Assembly (NCBI GenBank): GCA_903881565.1
Contig: CAIRTR010000299.1
Location: 2,645 to 66,644, forward strand
Source: Oligoflexia bacterium
Lineage (GTDB): Bacteria > Bdellovibrionota > UBA1018
DNA length: 64,000 nucleotides
Reading direction: 5' to 3'
The notes under the pieces are model-generated. The model was not told where the DNA came from and searched no databases. It was given only the letters and a program-made list of their open reading frames with translations. Shown one piece after another: positions 57,501-64,000 of this stretch. Both the position numbers and the translations under genes were made by a program. How positions within the stretch are numbered: the stretch's first letter is position 1; every line of letters begins with the position of its first letter.

Positions 57501-58031
57501 GAAGATGGAACCTTGGGCGAAGTCTTCATCGATATGCACAAAGAAGGGGCGGCTTATCGCTCCATGATGAACTGCTTTGCGATCTCCGTGAGCTTGGGAC
57601 TTCAGTATGGAGTGCCACTTAAAGAGTTCGTGGATAAGTTCACCTTCACACGCTTTGAGCCTTCAGGGGTTGTCGATGGACATCCTAACGTGAAGATGGC
57701 AACCTCGATTGTGGATTATATTTTCCGCGTCCTGGGGATGGAGTACTTGGGGAGAACCGATTTTGTGCAAGTCAAACCCGCGGTGGATTTGACGGCTGAA
57801 AAAGGTGCTGCTTCACGTGTTTATCCTAAGGATACGGTTGCTAAAATTCTAGCCGCGCGCGATGCGCGTGATGCTGCTCGTGATTCGGCTACGAATGAAA
57901 CTACAATGTCTGGGCATTTGGCTGAGATGATGGGCGATGCGCCTCCTTGCGATAGCTGTGGTCACACCACCGTTCGTAACGGCGCTTGCTACAAGTGTCT
58001 GAACTGCGGCAACAGCATGGGTTGCAGCTGA
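54594..58031 (+). CDS. nrdJ: Adenosylcobalamin-dependent (class II) ribonucleoside-diphosphate reductase
   Basis: Conserved class II RNR blocks (…[16 protein letters not shown]…, …[13 protein letters not shown]…, …[21 protein letters not shown]…) and a C-terminal Zn-ribbon CDSCGHTT...CYKCLNCG. An N-terminal extension of about 90 aa makes the true start uncertain; later starts near 54651 or 54870 are possible. Confidence 0.85.
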   Translation: [1145 protein letters not shown]

Positions 58032-58035
58032 GAAG

Positions 58036-59010
58036 TTAATTAGGCCAGTCTTCGGGTAGAGGCGCCTCGATTAAAAGAGGCGCCTTTCCATTTGCGCTTG
58101 GGAGTGTGAGTTTCCACGCATGAAGCCACAAGCGCGTTGAGGACGTTTTTCCGTAAATAGGATCTCCCAGGATCGGTGCGCCGTTCGCACTTAAGTGGCA
58201 ACGGATCTGATGGAAGACTCCGGTTTTAATTTCAATCGTCAAATCAAGCAGGCGAATCTCGGGGGCGCTCTTGCATATTCGGGTGTCGCGGATAAGGGTG
58301 ATCGCCGGAAGTGGCTTGCCACGAATTTCACTCGCCCGCATTTTTTCCGCTTCAAATGCGATCATTCGTTTCGAAGAATGGCGCGAGTGGGCCAGCGGCG
58401 TGTTGATCGCCTCTGGTAATGGGTGCGGTGATTTTGGGCAAACAATCGCCCGATAGATTTTCTCAGAGGATTTCCACGCTTCTCTGAGGCGCACAAACTC
58501 TTGCGCGGTTTTCGCAAAAGCGAGAACACCACTGGTGCCGGTGTCCAATCGATGAAGGAGTCCTGGCTCAAGGGGCGGACAAGGACCCAGGTGAGGGGCA
58601 AGGCTTGAGAGCGATGCAAGCTGGGGTGCGCGCGCCAGGGCTGCGCTGACGGCTGTTCCGGTTTCAGAGCCCGATAACGGGAGGCTGGGCGTACCACTGG
58701 ACTTATTCAAGATCAGAAGATTTTCGTCTTCAAATAAAATCGGTAAGAAACACTCTTTGGCGCCTTGGGCTTGCGTGAGGTCATGAAGATCGGCCTCCGT
58801 TACCCCTTCAATTCTCACCCAGCAGCCTGGGGGAGCGATTTTATGTGATGGATCAAGCGGCCGGTCTGATTCGGCGTTTTTGATGCGCCCTTGCGTAAAC
58901 CACTGTTTGAGAATCCTTCTAGAAAAAGTAGAGGCATACCCTCGTAATGATTCGAGAATGAGGGAGTCAAGGCGAGTGGCGGTGTTTGTATGGAGTTCAA
59001 GTTTGAGCAC
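58036..59010 (-). CDS. RluA-family pseudouridine synthase
   Basis: Catalytic motif HRLDTGTSGVLAFAKT. N-terminal S4-like region. Confidence 0.8.
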   Translation of the reverse strand: MLKLELHTNTATRLDSLILESLRGYASTFSRRILKQWFTQGRIKNAESDRPLDPSHKIAPPGCWVRIEGVTEADLHDLTQAQGAKECFLPILFEDENLLILNKSSGTPSLPLSGSETGTAVSAALARAPQLASLSSLAPHLGPCPPLEPGLLHRLDTGTSGVLAFAKTAQEFVRLREAWKSSEKIYRAIVCPKSPHPLPEAINTPLAHSRHSSKRMIAFEAEKMRASEIRGKPLPAITLIRDTRICKSAPEIRLLDLTIEIKTGVFHQIRCHLSANGAPILGDPIYGKTSSTRLWLHAWKLTLPSANGKAPLLIEAPLPEDWPN

Positions 59011-59081
59011 GCTGTTTATGAGTTTTTCATAAGATTAGTTTGTTTCCAAATAGAAACGCTCTCAGCTAGGATGCCCTCGTT

Positions 59082-60137
59082 ATGGCGTCTCGTTTTTCGG
59101 TTTTACAATATCCCGAAGTTCTACCTGTCCGTGCGCTGCATGCCCTGGTTCGCGCGCGCCTCATAGGCGCTGGCTTTAAGTGGGAGACGCGCCGAACGGG
59201 GGATCTGCAGATTGGTTTATGGCGCAAGTCGTTGGCTCCGAAGTCCAAAGCAAAAACACTTCCTGCGCCGAGCGCTCATGAAAAAGTGAAGCGGATTGTC
59301 TGGATCCCGACCTTGGGGGATTCTCCGCTTTCGTGGTTTCCGGTTTTGATGCTTCTCAAAACTTTTTTACGAGGCAAGCGGGGCAAGTACGATGAACTTG
59401 TTGTTGTAGATTATCCGGGATTTTCTGGCTTTTTGGCCAAGGAGCCGGCCTTTCATTCTTTAGACCTTTTGTTTGAAAATACCTTCGACGTTTTTGATTC
59501 GCTCAAGCCTCACACGCTGGTTGGACATGGCCTGGGCGGCTGGCTTGCGGCTCGCTACGCGGTTTATTGGGGGCAAGGCGGACGAAAGAAAACTCGCGGC
59601 TACGATGGGCCAAAAAAAATCATTGTCGTGGATCCCGGAGGCGTGTTTCGCGATGCCTCAAGGCGATGGATGCTGCCTCAAATGTCTTTGCAGGAGAATC
59701 TGCAAGGCTCAGCCGACCAGAGAACGGACGAATCTAGGAGTGTCGCCTTTCGGCGCAAGATGTTTAAGCGCGAGCCGCGCTGGCTTAAGTTTCTGACGGG
59801 AGATTTGGATCGATGCCTTGGGACTCCAGAGATCCAGAAACTCGGGGAATCCGTTCGGCTTGAGCATTTGCTGGATCGAAAGCTCGATTCACTGCGGTGT
59901 CCCGCCGTTGTCATTTGGGGTGAAAACGACGAAGTGGTTCCCTGTGCCGCTTTGGGTACGTGGCTTGAGGAACTCGCACAGAGTGAAGGGTTTGGCTCAT
60001 ACGGCGTTGTTCTGCATGGGTGTGGCCATTCGCCTCATCTGGAAAAGCCGCTGATGCTTACCCGTGTGCTCTCCTCGGCACTTAAGGGGCAACGGCTTGC
60101 TTCAAGAGCAGGGAAGTGGACGGCTATACATCCTTGA
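59082..60137 (+). CDS. Alpha/beta-hydrolase-fold protein with an atypical nucleophile elbow (GHGLGG)
   Basis: ...HTLVGHGLGGWLAARYA... matches the GxSxG elbow context but has Gly at the Ser position. C-terminal ...HGCGHSPHLEKP is the typical His region. Confidence 0.6.
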   Translation: MASRFSVLQYPEVLPVRALHALVRARLIGAGFKWETRRTGDLQIGLWRKSLAPKSKAKTLPAPSAHEKVKRIVWIPTLGDSPLSWFPVLMLLKTFLRGKRGKYDELVVVDYPGFSGFLAKEPAFHSLDLLFENTFDVFDSLKPHTLVGHGLGGWLAARYAVYWGQGGRKKTRGYDGPKKIIVVDPGGVFRDASRRWMLPQMSLQENLQGSADQRTDESRSVAFRRKMFKREPRWLKFLTGDLDRCLGTPEIQKLGESVRLEHLLDRKLDSLRCPAVVIWGENDEVVPCAALGTWLEELAQSEGFGSYGVVLHGCGHSPHLEKPLMLTRVLSSALKGQRLASRAGKWTAIHP

Positions 60138-61875
60138 AGCGCTGGTCATCATGCGCGGGCAGTTCTCCCGAGGCGCCGGGCTTGATCTGCGCAAATGGTT
60201 CCTGAACTGCTTGGTGGCGTTCTTTTTTTTGCGTAAAATGAATGACCTTGCTGGATTGTTTGGAATGCTGCTTCGGCATTTTTTCAACCAGGGGTTGAGG
60301 GGATTGCTGCCCGTTCACAATTGATAGGAGCTCTGCAACCGCATTGCGGAGATTCTCGGCATCCTTGGCGAGCGACCCTGAGGCCGATGAAGACTGCTCA
60401 GATGCGGCGGTGTTTTGTTGGGTGACTTTATTGAGTTCATTCATGGCATTTGAAATTTCATCAGCTCCTCGGGCTTGTTCTTCAGTGGCAGCGCTGATGT
60501 GGCCCACCATTTGCGAAACCTGACTGACATTTGAAACAAGACCATCGAGGACTTCTCCGCAGCGTTTTGCAATCACGGTTCCTGCTTCAACTTTAGATTT
60601 TCCTGAGGAAATCAAATGCTCGACTTTGGTCTGCGTATTTTGAACGATGCTTTGCACTTTATCGATACTGCCCTCCAGGAGCGCCGAAATTTCTTTTGCG
60701 GCATTACCGCTCATTTGCGCGAGGTTTCCCACTTCTTCGGCCACAACGGCAAAGCCTTTGCCGTGCTCGCCGGCGCGCGCGGCTTCGACCGAGGCATTGA
60801 ACGAGAGGAGCTTGGTCTGAAAGACGATGTCGTTGATGACTTTGGTTTTGTTTCCGATTTCCACGATGACTTTGGTGATTTCGGAAATCTCGCGGTTACT
60901 CTCTTGAATCTGCACCATGATGTCATTGTTGGACGCATTGATCTCGCCGATGGCGTTGATCATATCCCCCACGACTTTTTTGCCTTCGGTCGCGCTATTT
61001 TGGCTCTCAGAGGCGAGCTGGATCGAGTTTTTGGCATTCTCGGCACTCGTCGCGGCCGTCGCCGTCAACTCTTGCACCGAAGCTGCGGTTTCCTGGATAG
61101 CGGCCGCCTGCTCAGTTGCGCCCGAAGAGAGAGAGTGGCTCGTGGCCGCGATTTCTTGTGCAGCGGAGGCGACCCCATCGGAGCCTCGGGAGAGGGACTC
61201 TGCGGTGAGGCCAATCGATTGTGTAAGCGAGGAAGAAAAACGAAAACCGATGAATAGGCCTGCCGCGAGACCCCCGAGGGAGACGGCGAGTAAAATGATC
61301 ATTCCAATCGTGTTGGCGTTTTCAGCCTGTTTGACCCAAGCTTTCGATTGATCGGTTTGAAAATCCAGCAGTTTGGTGATCGCATGCCGATAGGCAAGGG
61401 CAACCGTCATGCAATCGCCGAAGAAGATCTCGCGCATTTTGGCTAAATCGGCCGGAGTTCCTGCTTTTTGAAAAGCCAGGATGTTAGCGCCGACAACTTT
61501 GAACTTTTTCCACTCGTTATTGACCTCGTCGTAAAGGGCTTGTTCACCCGGAACAAACGGAATGTCGTTATAAGCCTTGTCAGCGGCTTCATAAGCTTTG
61601 GTGCCGTCTTCGACCTCTTTGATGGCGGTTTGGCTTTGCGCAGGTGTCACGCCTTGGATGCCGAGGGTTCTAAGTCCAATTCGAATTTTTCTTAATTCTG
61701 AAAGCATGGTGCCGAGAAATGCGGTGTTGGGGAGATTGACGTGAGCCACGTGATCATATTTGTGAGTGACTTGTTCGAAAGCGATAAAACTGATGATCCC
61801 CGAGATGAAGGTAAAGCTTGAGAGAAGGATAACGAGGGCGAGGATTTGCTTTTTCAGACCTTTGTTTTTGAACAT
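60124..61875 (-). CDS. Methyl-accepting chemotaxis protein
   Basis: N-terminal TM and sensor region, HAMP, and a highly conserved signalling domain (...SSGATEQAAAIQETAASVQELTATA...). Confidence 0.85.
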   Translation of the reverse strand: MFKNKGLKKQILALVILLSSFTFISGIISFIAFEQVTHKYDHVAHVNLPNTAFLGTMLSELRKIRIGLRTLGIQGVTPAQSQTAIKEVEDGTKAYEAADKAYNDIPFVPGEQALYDEVNNEWKKFKVVGANILAFQKAGTPADLAKMREIFFGDCMTVALAYRHAITKLLDFQTDQSKAWVKQAENANTIGMIILLAVSLGGLAAGLFIGFRFSSSLTQSIGLTAESLSRGSDGVASAAQEIAATSHSLSSGATEQAAAIQETAASVQELTATAATSAENAKNSIQLASESQNSATEGKKVVGDMINAIGEINASNNDIMVQIQESNREISEITKVIVEIGNKTKVINDIVFQTKLLSFNASVEAARAGEHGKGFAVVAEEVGNLAQMSGNAAKEISALLEGSIDKVQSIVQNTQTKVEHLISSGKSKVEAGTVIAKRCGEVLDGLVSNVSQVSQMVGHISAATEEQARGADEISNAMNELNKVTQQNTAASEQSSSASGSLAKDAENLRNAVAELLSIVNGQQSPQPLVEKMPKQHSKQSSKVIHFTQKKERHQAVQEPFAQIKPGASGELPAHDDQRFKDV

Positions 61876-62204
61876 GGGTGGTTTCTCACTTTCAGTTTTC
61901 TTCTTGTTGCGTTCCCTGAGCTATTCGGTGTTCCTTCTCCAAGAGTTTAGCCTCTTAGTGCCTGTTTTATATTAAGGTTTGTCCATAATGGGCCCATGAT
62001 ATGAATGTTTGTGAAATCCCGAAGGTTTAGCAGCGCATCTCTCGAGCCGCGATCCGCCCCACCCGCGCATTCGGAAGTCCGAATCTTGCTCCAATCGTCC
62101 GGTCTCTGAACTGATCGAAAAACGCAACTCAGCGATTCCAAAAGAAAAGCTCCTGGCTCCGATCCTGCAATTCTGCCGGATCCTCACAGCACAAAGGAGA
62201 CTTC

Positions 62205-62453
62205 ATGTTTAATACCCTCAGATATGCTAAGATGCTAGAAGAGACCGGCTTTTCCAGAGAGCAGGCTGAAACTTCGATAAAAATTTTGGTGGAAATTATG
62301 GAAGACAAACTGGCTTCTAAACAAGATTTGCAAGAGTTACGAGTCGAGATCCAGCATTCGATTGCTCAACTTGAATCTAAACTTACTATTCGAATGGGAA
62401 CGATGCTTGCGGCTTCAATCGCGATTTTGACGGCGATTCAAAAGTTCGTTTGA
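62205..62453 (+). CDS. DUF1640-like coiled-coil protein
   Basis: MFNTLRYAKMLEETGFSREQAE... and a C-terminal TM helix. This family is expanded in Bdellovibrio-like genomes. The last 12 nt including the stop are tandemly duplicated downstream. Confidence 0.55.
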   Translation: MFNTLRYAKMLEETGFSREQAETSIKILVEIMEDKLASKQDLQELRVEIQHSIAQLESKLTIRMGTMLAASIAILTAIQKFV

Positions 62454-62525
62454 AAGTTCGTTTGAAGGACTAGGGCACCCAGAGTCATTGACCCCCATCG
62501 CGCTTCAGGATAAGACCCACCCACC

Positions 62526-63470
62526 ATGGATCTATTTTTCGAAATCGCGCGCCTCAAAAAAGAAAAGAACGCCGTACTTTTGGCTCACTACTATCAAGAG
62601 CCCGACATTCAAGACATTGCTGACTTCGTAGGCGATAGCCTGGAGCTGGCGCGTGCGGCCCAAAAAACCACGGCCGATCTTATTGTTTTTGCGGGCGTTC
62701 ATTTTATGGCTGAAGGCGCAAAGATCCTGAACCCCTCACGCAAAGTCGTGCTGCCCGATATGCGCGCGGGCTGCTCGCTTTCGGATAGTTGCCCCCCCGA
62801 AGCGTTTGCGCGTTTTCGCGCCCTGCATCCGGATCATTTTGTAATCTCATACATCAACTGTTCAGCTGCGATCAAAGCACAGAGTGACGTGATCTGTACG
62901 AGTTCCAACGCGGTAAAAATCGTGGAACGAGTGACTCGTGAGTTTGGTCCTGATCGCCCGATTATTTTTGCGCCTGATCGCAATTTAGGTGCTTATGTGG
63001 CCAAACAAACGGGCAAGAAGATCGGCAGCCAGATGCTGCTCTGGCAGGGTACGTGTATCGTGCACGAGACTTTTTCAGAAAAGAAGATAGCCGCTTTGAA
63101 ATTAGAGCATCCCGAGGCCGAACTCATCGCACATCCGGAGTGCGAAGCGACGCTCCTTGAGAAGTCTGATTTTGTGGGGAGCACTTCGGCGCTTTTGAAG
63201 TACGTCATGGAGTCTTCTAAAAAGACTTTTATCGTCGCAACCGAAGAGGGGATCTTGCACCAGATGCGCAAAAAAGCGCCTGAAAAGCTGCTGATCCCCG
63301 CTCCGCCAAATGCGAACTGCGCGTGCAATGAATGCCCCTTCATGAAGCTCAATACGCTTGAGAAGATCCATCTTTGTCTGCGCGATGAAGCGCCTGAGAT
63401 GATTATGGATGAAGAACTTCGCAAAAAAGCGCTGCTTCCACTTCAGCGCATGCTGGATTGGTCAAACTAG
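62526..63470 (+). CDS. nadA: Quinolinate synthase
   Basis: [43 protein letters not shown]... and conserved Cys ligands. 314 aa. Confidence 0.9.
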   Translation: MDLFFEIARLKKEKNAVLLAHYYQEPDIQDIADFVGDSLELARAAQKTTADLIVFAGVHFMAEGAKILNPSRKVVLPDMRAGCSLSDSCPPEAFARFRALHPDHFVISYINCSAAIKAQSDVICTSSNAVKIVERVTREFGPDRPIIFAPDRNLGAYVAKQTGKKIGSQMLLWQGTCIVHETFSEKKIAALKLEHPEAELIAHPECEATLLEKSDFVGSTSALLKYVMESSKKTFIVATEEGILHQMRKKAPEKLLIPAPPNANCACNECPFMKLNTLEKIHLCLRDEAPEMIMDEELRKKALLPLQRMLDWSN

Positions 63471-63547
63471 AGTGCCCGAAAAGAAAATCCATGAGCCTAA
63501 TCCGCTGTGGAAACCCGGGGACCCCATTGAATCGCCCGTCCAGGCGA

Positions 63548-64000
63548 TGAGTGCGATTGATTTTACGAAGCTTGATTCGACGCCTGCCTATAAGCTCATG
63601 ACGGGCGCGATTGTTCCTCGTCCGATTGCGCTGGTGAGCACGCAAGACCTTAATGGGGTGGTGAATGTCGCGCCCTTTAGTTTTTTTACCGGCGTTTCAA
63701 GCCATCCCCCGTGTCTGTTGCTGTCGATCACGCGCAAACCTGATGGCGGGAAAAAAGATACGCTTCTTAATATCGAAGCGACTCGAAGTTTTGTCGTCAA
63801 CACGGTCTCGTCTTGGATGGCGGGGCCGATGAATTATTGCTCAGCTGAGTTTCCGTACGGCGTGAGCGAGCTAGAAAAGTCTGGGTTTACGGCCGTGCCC
63901 TCGCTCAAAGTTGCGCCGCCCCGGATCGCGCAATCGCCGATTCATATGGAGTGTGAGCTTTATGCGCTTCACGAGGTGGGCGAGGGGGATTTAGGCTCCG
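63548..64000 (+). CDS. Partial CDS running off the window's 3' end: flavin reductase-like (FMN-binding split-barrel) protein
   Basis: MSAIDFTKLDSTPAYKLMTGAIVPRPIALVST...VAPFSFFTGVSSHPP..., typical of the flavin reductase family. An in-frame GTG at 63473 is an alternative start. Confidence 0.6.

Noticed and set aside
54594-58031. Intein in the 1145-aa NrdJ
   Set aside because: The length is accounted for by the N-terminal extension and the C-terminal Zn-ribbon. The conserved RNR blocks appear contiguous, with no obvious Hint/endonuclease insertion, but this was not rigorously excluded.

Overview
This 64 kb window looks like a bacterial chromosome segment with GC around 50-55%. Nearly everything is protein-coding; I saw no rRNA, tRNA or CRISPR. 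A DUF1640-type coiled-coil gene, many signal-peptide and outer-membrane proteins, Csu/SCPU pili, HD-GYP and MCP signalling genes, and a B12-dependent RNR are compatible with a Bdellovibrio-like predatory proteobacterium. That organism call is inference, not proven.

Housekeeping genes recognised from motifs are tyrS, a penicillin-acylase-family Ntn hydrolase, lnt, an S8 protease, RlmL-like and RluA-like RNA-modification enzymes, nrdJ, nadA, znuAB-like zinc uptake genes, and a hybrid histidine kinase. Accessory content includes two type II toxin-antitoxin modules (relBE-like, vapBC-like) with palindromic operators, and a Csu-type chaperone-usher pilus locus. There is also a Fic cassette bracketed by ~25 bp direct repeats. 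Mobile elements are an IS1-family element with imperfect terminal inverted repeats, an IS1 remnant next to an IS200-like HUH transposase gene, and a ~2.4 kb rve/ISNCY-like element. That last element carries a four-helix-bundle (Avd/TIGR02436-like) passenger gene and has truncated a neighbouring gene.

The most unusual locus is a 792-aa fusion of an ATP-grasp ligase with a fold-type-III PLP decarboxylase (DapDC/ODC-like). It heads a run of seven co-directional genes joined by overlaps or short gaps, followed by an eighth after a 135-bp gap: a papain-like protein, a polytopic membrane protein, an OM protein, a lipoprotein, then the S8 protease and lnt. A small gene with a C39-like cysteine-peptidase fold is divergently transcribed from it. 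The logic resembles the BtrJ/BtrK/BtrH ligate-decarboxylate-transfer chemistry of butirosin biosynthesis, but in a cell-envelope context.

All calls are from reading the six-frame translations and the raw sequence; no database searches were run.
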